Source: Piromyces finnis finn | Taxonomy: Eukaryota; Fungi; Neocallimastigomycota | Length of the DNA: 64,000 bases | Assembly (NCBI GenBank): GCA_002104945.1 | Contig: MCFH01000001.1 | Coordinates: forward strand, 1,240,001 to 1,304,000 | Reading direction: 5' to 3' | Part shown: piece after piece, positions 12,867 to 32,564 of the stretch | Layout: every line of letters starts with the position of its first letter | Numbering within the stretch: the first letter of the stretch is position 1 | Notes under the pieces: generated by a model | What the model saw: only the letters and a program-made list of their open reading frames with translations | Told to the model about the DNA's origin: nothing | The model's database searches: none | Program-made: the position numbers and the translations under genes

Positions 12867-13821
12867 TTAAATGATTAAATATACCAATTTACATTGTAAT
12901 TTTATTTATTGCATAATAATCATTAATTTAATTTCTTTTTTCTTTTATTTATTATCATTATTATTTTTTTCTTTTTTATTTTGTTTTATTAGTAATAATA
13001 TTATTTATTGCCTTTAATAATTCATATTTCGAGTAGTAACAGATAGAGAAACAATAATAATGATAAAAAGAAAAAAATCAACTTTATATATGTTTACAAT
13101 AATTCAATAGTAATTATAATACTTATTACCTCATTTCTTTATTAAATAATTATCTTCAATTCAAATTTCTTTTTTCTTTCTTACTTTCTTTTTTTTTAAT
13201 GACCTATTAACTGATATAGTAATGAATGAATCTTAGAAATGTGTACATATATTTTATCAAATAAAAAGTTGAAAAAGAAGCATTTATATAAAAAGTAAAA
13301 GTAGAAATTAATAAATTGTTATTGTTAAGAATTTTTTATTATATGTTTTTATATTTTGGTTTCTTTATAAAGGTACTTATTTATTTTTCTTTTATTTTAA
13401 GATTGGCTAAATATATTGAAATGTTCGCTCCATTTCTTTTCTTTTATTTTACAATTTTTTTTAAGAATTTTATTATCATATATAAATAATAGTTATTTGT
13501 GTAAGGGTTAGGTCAAATAGTAAAGTATATAAAAAATAAATATTACTTTTATTTTTTAAAGTATATTTTTATTCCTAATATTTATTTTATTAAAAAAGAA
13601 ACCTCATTAAAAAAGAGGATAATATTGTTATTTAATTATTTTAATAAACACCTTTTTTTTTTATTAAAAAAAAAAAGGGACAGAAATAACATTAAAAAAT
13701 AAACAATATTGTATTTTAACAAAATATAATAAAAATAATACTAATTAATATAAATAAAAATATCATTCCACTTTTTGTATTGCATAATTTATCAAAAATA
13801 TAAATTAGTAAATTTTAAAAG

Positions 13822-17915
<4,094 letters not shown>

Positions 17916-18656
17916 AATTAATAATTAAGAATTATATTCCCCAGTTAAATCAATGATATTTAAAATAATAATAATAAAATAAAAAATTAAATTAAATACA
18001 TAAAATATTTAATAGCAAAAATAAATATTAGGTTAAAATAATAATAATAATAATAATAATAAAAAATTAATAAAAATAAAAAAAATAAAAATACAATAAA
18101 CAATAAAAATAAAATAAAATAATTAATATAAAAAGAATTGATATTAATAAATTAATAGTAATTATTAATTGATTAATTTTTAATTTTTATAAAAATAAAA
18201 TATATAATAAATAAATATATATACTAGTTTTCATATTATTTTTTATAATTTATTTTTATTTATGTATAATAAGAGTTATATAATAGAAGTGATTAATTAA
18301 AAAAAAAAAAAAATAGAATCTAATTTGATAATTATTTTAGTTTCTAATATTATAAATAAAAAAAGTAATAGTTCTACAGAATAAATAATCTATTTATAAT
18401 TTGATTACGAGATTATGATATATTTTTGATGAAATAATGCTTATTAAATTAAGAGTATTTTCCTTCTTTCTCATATTACTTTACATTAATTTTTCTTACT
18501 AAAAATTGCTTTTTTTTTCCCTAAAAAATACTTTATCATTTTAAGAATAAACTTTTATAATAATTATATAATTAAAAAGAATAATATAAATATTTTCCTT
18601 TTTAATTTTTATAAGTTTCTTTTTTTTTTTAATTATTTTAGTGTTATTTATAAAAA

Positions 18657-20594
18657 TTAAAAGTCCATGAATGATTCTTCGACCATCATTTCATCTCTTG
18701 TTTGAACATTTGATAATTCACGACGAATTTCTGGTGTAATTTGTTCATGATATTTGTATTTCATTAAATCTAATAAAGATTCTCTTTGTTCTGGTGTTAT
18801 ATCCTCCTTATAACGTTGAGCGAAAATCAATAATGATTGATGCCATAATACTGGCATTTCTCTTGGATCTCTTTTAAAACGTAAAAAGTGGAAAACAACA
18901 GAATCAATAACTTTAAATGGAAGAGCATATTTCTTATCTAAAAGAATACGAATGAAATAACTATTTGGACCTATTTTATTATAAGTTTTAAAATAATTTA
19001 ATTTTAAATTAGGTTACTAAAATTTTAAACGCTTCAAAAATAAATTTTTATTTCAAAATTTACCAGTATAATCCATATCAGCAAGTTTCATTAAAGCTGC
19101 ACTAGAATGTAAGATTGGAATACTAACTTTTGTAATAACACTACCAATAATAGCGGCTTCTCTTAATGTGCAAGTTCCTGATTCACAAAGAGGTAATAAT
19201 ATACCTTTGAAGAAAGCACCTGGTTTATAAAGTGCTTTTTTTAATGCCATATAGAGATGATAATTTAATTTTTTTGTGTGTTGAATTTCATCACGAATTC
19301 TATCAAGTAGAACTAAATTATAAAATCTAATTTTTAAAAAATAATTATTTATATACATTATATATTATTACAAATATGTTTTTTCTTATTTAATTTAAAT
19401 ATCTTATATCAAGGTTTATTTTATTTTATTTTTACCTTTGAGCTAAATCAGACTTTAAGTTGGAAGCAAATATTCTAGTTGCTTGATAAACTGCATTTGG
19501 TGTCCAGTTGTAAGGTTGAGTAATCCATAATACTTCTTCCCAATTTTGGAATGATGGTATAATCTTAAAAACTTTTGGTAAACTACCTGACTTATATCTG
19601 CTCATTAATAAAGCAATTCTATTATAATATATAATACAAATAATGTTTTTAATAATAATGCTTAATAATAATAATAAAAGAATTTTTTTTCCGTTATATA
19701 TTCTTATTCTAATTACTTTGAGTAAACTTCAACAACTTTTGGATCCATTCCTTCTGGAACAATTTCTTCCATATTTTCTGGTTGTTCACCATTTGAATTA
19801 ATTTTACTCATAATAATATCAGCTAAAGTTTGTTGTTTTTTTGGTTCTGAACTCATGAATTGTTCCATGATAAGTTTATCTTTTTCATCTAATTCCTATA
19901 ATATTATAATTAAAAATTTTTTGAATTTATATTTAATTTATTTTGAAAATATATTTTTAAAGTTTTTAACTATTCATTAATATTAATACATACTATATCT
20001 GCTGTGTAATCTTCATATTCTCCTTCTAATAATTCATCATCACTAATTTGTTCTTCTTCATTATCACTAATATCCCAATTATTTGCTAATTGTTGTTCAT
20101 TTTTGACACTGAATGAATATACATTTAATTTATAAAATTTTAATTATTTAAACATTAAACATTATTATGCATATTATATTTTGGTTAAATTATTGTGTAT
20201 ATAATATTTACAATTTAATATCATTTTCTTCTCTTGCAATTTCTTCTTGTTGTTCACGAACTAAAGATAAAATACGTTTGGAAGTTTTTGGATCAATAAA
20301 TTGTTTCTTTTATAATTAATATAAATAATAAATTAGAAAACAAAAAATTTTAATATATTAATTTCATATTTGTATTAATCTTCTTGAATAAATTTTATAT
20401 AACTTTATATATATATATTTTGAAATTTTAATTTCTATTATTTTATATATTACTTCTTCTGCTCCCTTTTTTTGAGCTTTTTTTTCTCTTCTATTTTTTG
20501 CATTATATGCGACACTTGTATCCTTTCCTATTTGAAGATGTAAAGGATCATGTCTTTGTGTTTTACCAAGAGAAGACTTCTTAACTTTTCCCAT
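18657..20594 (-). CDS. ENP1: Bystin (Enp1/BYSL), 40S ribosome biogenesis factor
   Basis: N-term RHDPLHLQI; [45 protein letters not shown]...[11 protein letters not shown]; C-term [23 protein letters not shown]...[12 protein letters not shown]. Confidence 0.96.
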
Positions 20595-20659
20595 TTTAAA
20601 AATGTTAAATTATGAAATTAAAATTTAAAATATTAAAATTTGGTATAATTTAAATTTAA

Positions 20660-20696
<37 letters not shown>

Positions 20697-20858
20697 ATTA
20701 TTATAAATCAATATTTTAATTGGTGGTTTTTTTAAAAAAATAAAGCCTGTTTTAATTATTTCAAATATATATGTATTTTATTTTAACCAATATATTCCCT
20801 TACAATGAATTAATGTAATGTAGATACATTAAAAATTTATAAATATACGATATTAGAT

Positions 20859-21218
20859 CATGTGATCGTAAATAAAAAAATAAATCGAAAATACTATCTC
20901 AAAAAATATGTAGACATTTTGTTTAAAATGCACATGATATCTTTACAACAAAAACACGTGTATATATCGTGTATCCATAAATATTTAATATAAATATGTA
21001 ATATAAATATGTGTTTATACTTTTTAACAAAAAAAAATATATAATAATACTGCAAGTATTTTTTACCTCAAAGTATTCTAACCTTCTAATATGTATTTTT
21101 TAATGTTAACTTTTTAAACCTATGTCATATGAAAAATTCAAAAAGTTAAAACCGACTTCCAAAATAAAATCTCATCAGGGTTGATTTTTTGCCTAGATTC
21201 TGGCCATTTTAACATGTG
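20859..21218. promoter_or_regulatory. Cluster of E-box-type motifs upstream of ENP1
   Basis: CATGTG 20859-20864 (within GATCATGTGATC), CACATG 20931-20936, CACGTG 20955-20960, CATGTG 21213-21218, all in very AT-rich DNA. Function is inferred. Confidence 0.4.
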
Positions 21219-22972
21219 GATGAATTTATAGTAAAATTATTTATATATTGATTGCAAAAATATTTAATTCATTTCAAAATAATTTAATAATTACTGATTT
21301 ATTAACTATATTGTAATGAATAGGCTAAAATTTATAATAAACAATGTATTATTTTAATGTAATAGTTATTAAATTATATATATTATAAGCTAATCTTTTT
21401 ATTTTAATATTTATCAATGATTCTACAATAATTATAACTTATACTAGAATCTTTAATATTAGATGATAATTATATAAATAAAATATTATTACTTTTTAGA
21501 GCATATTCAGCAGTTATGATTTTTCTATTAATTCTTTGTTTTTTTTTAACATTCTTGTATATTAAATTTATTCATATAATTATTACATTGTATCGTGTGA
21601 ATTTATTATTGGTAATAATAATAAATTTATAATTAAAATGTATACAAGGAAATTATTTTTTTTTGAAAGAAAACATAGCTTTATTAAAAGAACTATTTTT
21701 TTTTTTGCTAATTATTGATAGAATTATATTTTAAACTGGTTAAAATACTCTTTAAATTATTATAAACATCTTTATTATTATTAATATATAAAAATAGTAG
21801 AAATATATTGTTATTTTTATATAAATCTCTTTAAATTTTATTTTTTTTCCAAAATTAAGTATGTATTTGTATTTAGTTATTAAAAAGAATAATAAAATTA
21901 ATAATTTATTATAAAATAGTAGTTAATAACTCTATTTATTATTGTTTTTAATAAATATTATGATTATGTAGATTATACATTAGTATATTTTAATAAATAA
22001 TTTATATTTGAATTTTTTATACTTTTAAAAAATAATTATTTTCATTATTAAAAATACGTTAAAGTAAGTTTTAGGACAAATATTGATTCATTATCATTTA
22101 AGAAAACTTACTTTTAATTAATAAAATTAAATTCTATACTTGTAAGGTCTAAAATACTGAAAAACTAAAATTATAAAAAAAAAAAAAAAAAACATTAATA
22201 AATATAAATATAAAAATATAAAACAAATTAAGTAGTTAATTATAAACAAACAAACAAAAAAAAAAAAATAAAAACAAAACAAAATAAAACAAAAACATAA
22301 ACAAAAACAAAAATAAAAAACAAAACAAAATAGAAACAAAAACAAAGATATTCAAAACTTAGATTTAATATTAAAAACAATATAATAATAATAATAATAA
22401 AGTATTTTTATAATAATATTAATGATACTTGATAATAATTAATAATAATTGCAACAACAACAACAACAGCAACAACAACAATAACAATAATATCAATAAT
22501 AATAACAATAGCAGTAATAATAGAAATAATCATGTTATTATCAAAATTATTTTATGAAAAGTTATATATTAATATTAAAAATTTTGAAAAAAAAAACAAT
22601 AACGTTTTTTTATAATTTATTATTAATATTATTTTAAGAGTAAAAATCTTAGCTATTAAAATATAGATTTTACTGTAAAGATATTTAAAAAATGAATATA
22701 ATCTAAATATTATAAACGTTCATAAATTTAAAATAAAAATTATATATAACTATTATTAATAATTTAAATCTTAATTTCATAAATAAATTAAAAATTACTT
22801 TATTATTGAAACATATTAATAATTAAAAAATTTAAAATAAAATTTGTGTTTTCTAGGAATTATAATAAATACTTTTATTTTATTTTAAAAATACTATATA
22901 TATATATAAATAAAAAATAAAAAATGTTGAAGTAATTAATGTTTAATATAATTTATATTTTTAAAGAATTAG

Positions 22973-25900
22973 ATGAATAATCAAAATCAACAATTCCGGC
23001 CACCAATGATGGGTAATGGCCAAAATTCATCATTCCAACAAGGTATGCCTTTTGGAAATCAAATGCCACCACAACCACAAAGAATGCAAAGTAAATATTT
23101 TTATATTTTAATTACAAATATATTTAATAGTATAAAATTTATATGAGAAATATTATATATTTTGTACTTATTGTTTTTCGCTATAAAGGTACACCACCAG
23201 TACAAGGTCAACCACCACAACAATTTATGCAAAATCGTCCCCCAAATTTCCAATCACCTTTAGCAAATCAACAAAGATCTATGTCTACACCACCACAACC
23301 AATGACTCCTCAACCAATGCACACTCAACCACCAATGGCATCACAACCACCACAACCAATGACTCCTCAACCAATGCATACTCAACCACCAATGGCATCA
23401 CAACCACCACAACCAATGACTCCCCAACCAATGCACACTCAACCACAACAACCTCAACCACAACAATCATTACCAAATCAACCATTTTTCAGACCACAAG
23501 GTTCTATGCAATCACAACCATCAAGTTTTAGTAGAAGCAGTACTCCACAAATGAGTAGACCAGGATTCCAAATGACCAGTGGCCAATTTTCACCACAATT
23601 ATCTTCACGTTCTCCAAGTCCAGGTTTTCCACCACCACCAACTGATAAACAAATGCCACAAAGTCCAAATATTGGAAGTGCTTCACCATTGGGACGTCAT
23701 AGACACAAATATCCAGAACAAATGGGTAAAGCTTACAGTAATGGTCCAGAATCTCTTCCAAATATGAATCAAGGTCCATCAACTCCACAACAATTTTTTG
23801 TTCCAGGAAATATGGGTCAACAAAATATGATGCAAAGAGATCTTCAATCCCCAGTTAATGGCTTTTCAAGTCCAATGAATAATTTAACTGCTGGATTTTC
23901 AAATATGAATTTAAATCAAAAAAATGTTACATCAGTTTCATTATTTAATGCTCAACCAAATATTCAGACTATTGATAATTATTTAGAGCCAGTAATTCCA
24001 GCTCAAGTAAATAATAAAGTTTCTTTTATTATAGTATAAGAGTAATGATGAAATTGAATTATTTTTTTTAATAATTAATTAATATTTAATATTTATAATT
24101 TATGATTTTAAATTAGTTTTGTATGCAATCAGAAAAGAAAAATCCATCAAATCAATATTGCTGTTCAACCTTAAATGCAGTTCCTCAAAATAATGCTTTA
24201 TTACAAAAGTCCAAAATTCCATTTGGTCTTGTTTTTGCTCCATACAAAAATATTGGTCCTGATGAAGTTAGTAAATTATTAAAGTTTTAATTTTATTAAC
24301 ATATAATCATTTCTTTATTTATTAATATTGATACTAAATTTACATACAATTAGCCTGAAGTTCCTGTTGTAAGTCCAGAAGTTATTGTTAGATGTAAGAT
24401 TTGTAGAGCATACATTAACCCATTTGTTACATTTGTTGACCAAGGAACAAGATGGAAATGCAATATTTGTCATGTTGTAAATGATTGTAAGTTGTTATTG
24501 CTATTTTGACAATAAACAATTTAAATAAAACTAATAAGACTTAAATTAAAATTATACAATAATACTTCATATAAAATATAGTACCAGCCTTCTATAGCTG
24601 GGATTCAAAGACAAGACAAGCTGTTGATAGAAATACAATCCCAGAATTAAACAGTTCTGTAATTGAATTTGTTGCTACCCAGGAATACACTGTAATTCAT
24701 TTCATTAGTTTGTTATAAAATTTATTATTATTATTAATTAAAATTATTAAATTTATTATTATATTTTTGTAAAAATTAAGCGTGGTCCACCACAACCAGT
24801 AGTTATAATGTTTGTTATGGATGTTTCATTCCAATCTATTCAATCAGGTATTTAATATTAAATATTAAAAATAAATTATATTTGTTTACTAATAAATAAT
24901 AAATTATTTTGTATTAAAATAAATATACTGTAATTGCTATTAAAATTATATGTAGGAATGGTTGCTACTGCTGCTCGTACAATATTAAGCACATTGGATA
25001 GTATTCCAAATTATGATAATAGAACTAAAATTGGTTTTATTACTTATGATAGCACTTTACACTTCTACAACTTAAATGTAATAATTAAATTAATAATTGT
25101 CAAAACAAAAATTATTCAAAATACTCAACTAATTTCGTAATATTTAATTTTATTAATTCATAAACAAAAAAAAAAAAAAAAAAAAAAATAAATACTATAT
25201 ATAAATTTTTAAAAAAATATATCAGTCAAACTTAAATGAACCACAAATGCTTGTTGTTTCTGATCTCGAAGATATCTTTATTCCAGCTCCAGATGATTTG
25301 TTAGTTAATTTATCTGAATCCCGCTCAGTTATTGAATCATTTTTAAACAAGTTAGGAAATATGCATAAGTCAACTCAAAATGTTAATAGTGCTTTACCTG
25401 CTGCATTAACTGCTGCTAATAAGATCATAGTAAATATTTAATAATATTGTAATAGTAATATATATAGAAGCGCTAATTTAATAATAATAATTCATTTTAG
25501 GGTCAAATTGGTGGTAAGATAGCTATCTTCCAATCAAATATTCCAAATTGTGGTAAAAATGCTTTGAAGAAACGTGAAGATCCATCTCTTTATAATACTT
25601 CAAAGGTATAATAAATATAAATTTTTAATTTTATAAGTAATAAGTATATATATAATTTAAGAATAATAATAACGCGTATGAATTATATATATTTAGGAAA
25701 GTACATTATTACAACCAGCTGATAATTGGTACAAGGAATTTGCACTTGATTGTTCCAGAAAGCAAATTTGTATTGATACATTTATATTTAGTGGTCAATA
25801 CACTGATATCGCCACTCTTTGTAAGTTAGAATAGAAGTTTAAGATTTAAAATATCATTAATCTAATTTGTTTTAATATTTTTATAATATTAATATTTATT

Positions 25901-26582
25901 TTTTTTTAAAAAATAGCTACATTACCAAGATTTACTGGTGGATCAATTTATTTCTATCCAGGATTTGATGCTAGTCGTGCTGAAGATGCTAATAAATTCT
26001 CTTCTGAATTAAGTAGATTCTTAAGTAAGAAAATTGGTTTGGAAGCTGTATTAAGAATAAGATCAACTAGGGGAGTTTCTGTAAAGGCTTGCTATGGTAA
26101 TTTCTTCCTTATGGCCTCAGATTTAGTTCAACTTCCAAATGTTAATCCAGATAATTGTTATGCATTAGAAGCTTCTATTGATAAAGATCTTACTAGTGAA
26201 CCATATATTTGCTTCCAAGGTGCTATTTTACATACTTCTAATAATGGTAATTAGTACTTCGTTATTAATGATATTTAAATTCTTTTATTGCTTAACGATA
26301 ATTAATATTTTTTTTTTTAATAATTTTTAGGAGAAAGACGTATTCGTGTATTTACAAATATTATTCCAGTTACTAATAACTTAACTGAAGTTTTTGCAAA
26401 TGCTGATCCAAGAGCAATTGCTGCATTCACAGCAAAGAAGGGTACTAAAATAATGAATATTGATATATTAAAAATTATAATACAAATAAAGGATATTTTT
26501 AATTACTAGCTATTATAAAAGATAGAACTAATAAATTATAAATATTACAATAAGACGATGAATTGTACAAAAATTTAATTAA

Positions 26583-26616
<34 letters not shown>

Positions 26617-27741
26617 TAAATAGCTGTTGAGAGAACCATTACTGATAAATTAGAAGATGCACGTAACTTGATTATCAATACTTGTATTGATATTATGGGT
26701 GCTTACAAGCAAGCATTTACTTCATCAGGACAAGCTTCACAACTTCTTATTATTGAAAATCTTGCATTATTACCAGTATTGACTCAAGCTCTATTAAAGA
26801 ATGTGAGAAAAAAATGAATATTAATCTATATAAAAATAATAGCAATAATTATCAATAATATTGAAATATTAATATTTTATAATTCCTTAAATATAAATAA
26901 TATATTAGATCGCATTCCGTCGTGGAAATATTCCATCAGATATTCGTTCATTTGCTTTGTCTGTTCTTTACGGTTCTCCAATAGAAAATGCATTATCTTA
27001 TATTTACAGTAAATTATATGCCATTCACATATTAGATGCTAATGTAATATTTTACTATTTTCTTAATTTTTAATATTTTATAATAATTTACATAATTAAT
27101 AATTCAAAATTATTTAAAATATATATTTTTAAATTTTTTAGACTGGTTTACCAATTCCAAACACTTCACAAGTTTATATGCCACCAAGAATTAATTTATC
27201 TATGCAAAGAATGACACAAGATGGTATTTACTTACTTGATAATTCCCAACATATTATCATTTGGTTATCTCGTGGCTCTAACCCAGAATTAGTTAATGCT
27301 TTATTCCAAAAACCATATGAAGCTATTGCATCTGGAAAGGTAAAAATACAGTAAATATAATATAATTAATAAAAAGAATTTTAAATATTAATACTTTTTT
27401 TATTTTCTTTAATTAATTATTTATAGACTACCTTACCAACTCCAAATAATGATTATGCTACTCGTATAAATAACATTATAGAATTCATTCGTAAGGATCG
27501 TTTAATATCCTATAATAATTCACCATATGTATACATTGTTAAAGAAGATGATAATACTAGAGGATGGTTTATTTCTCATATGGTTGAAGATAAATTAGAC
27601 AGTGAACTTTCATATCCACAATTCCTTTCTCATTTAAGAGAACAAGTAATATTATATAAATTAAGAGAGTATACTTTTAATGAAAATAGTTTATTAATAT
27701 TTTTTTATATTTTCATATAGCTTTCCAAGTATTCATCATAA
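22973..27741 (+). CDS. SEC24: COPII coat subunit Sec24
   Basis: Pro/Gln-rich N-terminus; zinc finger [29 protein letters not shown]; trunk domain [30 protein letters not shown]; [12 protein letters not shown]; gelsolin-like domain GIYLLDN; stop TAA 27739-27741. Confidence 0.96.
23290..23445 (+). repeat. 57-bp coding tandem repeat ([19 protein letters not shown] x ~2.7) in the Sec24 N-terminus
   Basis: Near-identical units start at 23290, 23347 and 23404. Confidence 0.9.
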
Positions 27742-28216
27742 GTATAGCAATAATTATCAACGACGTTACTAAATAATACAAAATAAGAAATAATCAAAGA
27801 AATGGTAAATTTCAATTATTGAAAATATATTTTAAATTATATAATAACAATTAACTGAAAAATATATTTTATTTTATTATATTAGAATATAATTAAGTAA
27901 AAGCTTAATAGTTATTTTCAATTATAATTAAAACAACTATAATAGAATCAACAAATTAAAGAATTTTATTTTTTAAGAATTTTTTAAAAAAAAATAAAAT
28001 AAAATAATAATAAAGGATAACAATAAAATATAATATAAAATAAAAAAAAATAAAAAAAAAAATAAAAAAAAAAAAAAATAAAAAAAATAAAAAAAAATTA
28101 AAAGAAATAAAAAAAAAAAAAAGTAAAGATATTAAATAATAGTTATTCCATAAAAAAATAAAAATCAATAATCCAAACATTTTTTTTTTTAGTTTATACA
28201 ATTTTAAAAATATTAA

Positions 28217-28251
<35 letters not shown>

Positions 28252-28667
28252 AAAAGATAAAAGATATAAATATAATTATTTTAATGAAATAAATTTTATT
28301 GTTGTTATTTTTCCTTTTTCTATAATTATTAAGATTGTAAACGATATATGATATCTTAATTCATTGCATAGTTTTATTTTCTCTTTGTAATATATATTTT
28401 AATAATTTCTATATTACAAATAGTTTAATTAGATTGCTGTAATTTGGCAATATTAAATAATCATTTAGTTTTAATTTTTTGTAATTTTTTATTTTTTTTA
28501 CAATAATGTATTATTTACACAATTTTTGTTCTTTTAATTTAAATATGATAAATATACATATTAATGGGTATTTGTTTTATTAAAAAATATATAATAAATA
28601 AACAATAAATATAATGAGAGCCATTAATAGATACAAATATTTATAAAAGTATATTGATAAAGATTAT

Positions 28668-31600
28668 TCAAGCTATTTTCATATTTCTTTTAGCATAATT
28701 TTTAATGTAGTAATAACCACAAATAGTTAGTATAATAGATAGTATACCAATTAATAATTCAATAAATTGGAATGTTTTAGAAGAAACAAAATAAATAGTT
28801 AATCTGTTTTTATCCCATCTTTATATTAATAATATTCAATTAGTTTTTATTCATAATTATATTTAAAGGAAAAGAACAATAAATAATAAATGTTTTTAAA
28901 ATTATTATTTACCTGCTTTCTGTCCAATTTGGTAAATTTCTATCATTTATATAGAACAAATCTTTTTTAGCATCATGTTCGATACCTATACCATAAGCTG
29001 GATGAGCATATGATCTGCCTTCTATACAGTAACCAAGAATACATTGATAATTTCTTAATGAATATGGTAAAGCATCTATTTTTGCTTTTGCGTCTTTATC
29101 TAAATCTTTATAGTTAGGATACTAAAAATTAAAAATTAAGGATTACTAATATTATATTATCAAATTCATCATATGTTTGATTACAATAATATATGTTTTA
29201 CCTCCAAATCTAAACAATCATTAATAATTGTACATGGAATAGTGGTATTTCTACCTGTAGATTTTATAATTGCATAATTTGCAATCCACGAGTCATAATT
29301 GTAGTTTGAGTTAATAGCACCACTTAAAGATACACCATTAAAAACTCCAGAATAATGGCTAATTTTACTTACTTCACTATCTTTTTTTTTTTTTAAAGAA
29401 TTTAAAAAACAAATTATTTTTTTAATTAGCTAATTTAATTATTAACATTTTTATTTATATTTGTATTTTATTATTATTACTTAATGTCGCGCCATTATTA
29501 GAAGCTATTAATTTACTTGTTAATGAACATGTAATATTATTTGATAAACAATGAATTAAATCATTTACCTATATTAATTATATTTAAAAAATACTTTATT
29601 AATAATATTTAAAATATTTATATTTATGCATTAAATATATCAATTACATATTGACAATCAACAGAAACAGATGGTGGTATTGAATTTATTTCAAGATCTG
29701 ATTCTTTATTTTGAGCATACAACCATATTGCTTTTGCAATAATATCTGCTGTTTTACATACTGTATTATCATATTTAACAGAATCACTTTCGACATCAAA
29801 TCCACTATGATAATGTCTATTAAAAGACATATATAAAAAAAATAAAAGTTATGTTATTTTTTGTAATTATGATAGATCATTATTTTTAATATTTATTCTA
29901 ACTTATTTGTATATTCAGTTTGAAAATCTCCAATAACAACAGCTGGTATTTTTTGTTTTTTCAAAAAGGATTGTGCACTTGCTGGTGGTAATCCAAGATT
30001 TTTTTCTAAGCCTTCCCATGCTGGCTTAATATTATATGAAGAATAACTATCTTCATACGTAGAATATACCCTAGATATTAAATTTGTTATTTTTAATGTT
30101 TCTGGATCAGTTTCATCGTCAACATGCATATAATAGGCTGGATTATTGATATCATCACATCCACTACAGGTCAACTGATTTAATTCTATTATTCCTTTGA
30201 TATTATTTAATGTAATATTTTTAAAATCATCAACATACATACATGGATCTTGACATGATGAAAACTGAGAACACATATAATTACTGTTATAATCATGACT
30301 TTTACATTCATATGAAGAAATATCTTTTACAAATCTTTGTGAACCACCATAACCATATGATTCACCACTAAAAAATGTAAATACTATATGATTTTGAAAT
30401 TGTTCAGGTAATACTTCAGACTTTTTTTTTTGGGGGGGGGTATAATATATAATAAAGTAAATATTATGATATTTAAAAGTTATTTACTATAAAATTAAAT
30501 AATTAAATTACTTTTGATAAAGCATCGGCAATTGCTAAATTTGCTACAAATCCACCGATTTGACTATTTGTTCCTATTGTATTATCATGAAATAAACTAT
30601 TTCCATCTATTTGTGAGCTAACAATTACAATTTTTTTCCCATCATCTGGATTAATTTGTTTAGAATAAGTACCCCATACAGAATTTCCTCCTATTGGATC
30701 GCAGTGATCTGTATAATATCATAAAACAGCAACAAAAAAAATATATGATGAAAATGTAAATTATTTATTTTAATATATAAGTTAAAATATTAATAGTTAA
30801 GATACCTCTTGATAAACATGTTTCTGAATTTTTTGAAGCATACATGAATGAATCAAATTTAATAGAATATAATGGATATTTTTTATAATTTCTTTTTTTA
30901 TTAAATTCATCTGCCTTTTTTTAAATGAATAAATAAAAAATTTTTTTCATAAATAATTAAAATATATTTATAATCATTTATATATATTAAACAACTTTAA
31001 AAAAGCAATTTACTTTAATTATTGCATTTACTCCTTCTACTTCATATGGCTTATCAAGAGACATTCCATAAATTGGGAAACTAAAATATTCATAAAGCAA
31101 CCCGTCTCCCTTTATTCGTATAATAAATATATCAATAATAGTATTCATAAATTATAAAGTAATATAGTTTAAATAATTTTTTCTTTTAATCATACATAAG
31201 GATTCCATTTATAATTTGCTTTTTCTCCTTCTGTGTACTACATGTTTTATTTTTTTGATATATTAAATATTTATAAATATCACTAAAAAATGTTAATATT
31301 TAAAAAATAGATTTGTAAAAATAATAAGAAAACCATACCATTCCAAATTCGCAATTTGGACATTCTTTATCAGGTGAATATGGTACAGGCTCTTTAGTAT
31401 CATCATATATTACAATAAGTCCTTCAACTTTATTTGTTGCTTCTAAATCTCTTAAATTTTTTCTTTAATATATTAAAAATTTAAGTATAGATAATTCATG
31501 ATGTAAAATTGTTTTACGTGTTTTTTAAAAAAATATTTTACTTGTTAATAAGATCTGCCTGAAGAACTACAGCAAATTTTCCTTTTAGATTTGATTTTTT

Positions 31601-32065
31601 AAAAATTTCAAATTCTTCATTTGTTGATATTCTGTATATAATAGAGGCTGAAGAACTTGCTGTTTATTTTTTTTATCATTTATTTATTTATTATTTATTA
31701 TTATTATTATTATTATTATTTAAAAAAAAAAAAATAAAAAAAATAAAACAAGTAATTAATAAAAATTTAAATTAATTTCTTTAATTTCTTTATTCTTATA
31801 TTTTTATTGTTATAAATTTACTAAATAATGAATAATTTACATTTGCTTCCAATTTCAGAAGTCGCATTTAAATATTTTGGAAATACAACATTATTAAGTT
31901 CCTGTTCCATTATTTTTTCAAGGGAAGTACAAAGACATGGTATTTCTTTATATTATTTTATAAAATTTATTAATATTAAGTCCATTAAATTTTTATTAGC
32001 ATAATAGCTGATACTTTACCTACTAATAATAGTAAAAATATATTATAAAAATATTTTATTTTCAT
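28668..32065 (-). CDS. NCSTN: Nicastrin-like protein, copy 1
   Basis: Spliced product: signal peptide; YLNATSEIGS; DGNSLFHDNTIG...AIADALS; FSGESYGYGGSQRF (DYIGS region); IIELNQL; LPPASAQSFLK; HYHSGFD; WTESRW; one C-terminal TM and a short tail; TGA at 28670-28668. Confidence 0.9.
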
Positions 32066-32564
32066 ATTAATTAATTAAATATTTAATTTAAAACGAATTG
32101 TTTGTATTTAGGAGTTTGGATTATATTTAAATAATTCAAAATTTTCTAAGTAATTATTGTAATAATAAAATAATTTTTTTTTTATTATTATTACTAATTT
32201 TAATATTATAATAATATTAATAATAATAATATTTATTATAATACTAATTCAAGGATTGTTATTCTTAAAAAAAGTGTATATTTAGTTTTATTTAATATTA
32301 TATAATAAATATAAAATTGTAAATTTCTTCGAAATGAATGAAAGTTCTTTTTTTTTTTTTTGAATTAAATGATTTTATTAAAGTTTGAATGTATTACAAC
32401 TTTTTATTACACAAATATAAATAAAATATATATTATATATATTAAACATATATCATGTGATTTTAAATAATTTATTACTTTTTTATGTTATAAATAATCA
32501 AATTAATATAATATTTTACAGGGTATTAATTATTTATAATTTATTTTAAAATAGAATTTTAGTT

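Noticed and set aside
22127-22345. Phe/Leu/Ile-rich ORFs (3965-4171, 14652-14879, 22127-22345, 27956-28201, 35937-36155)
   Set aside because: They arise from A/T homopolymers and microsatellites. 35937-36155 only overlaps the true nicastrin signal exon.
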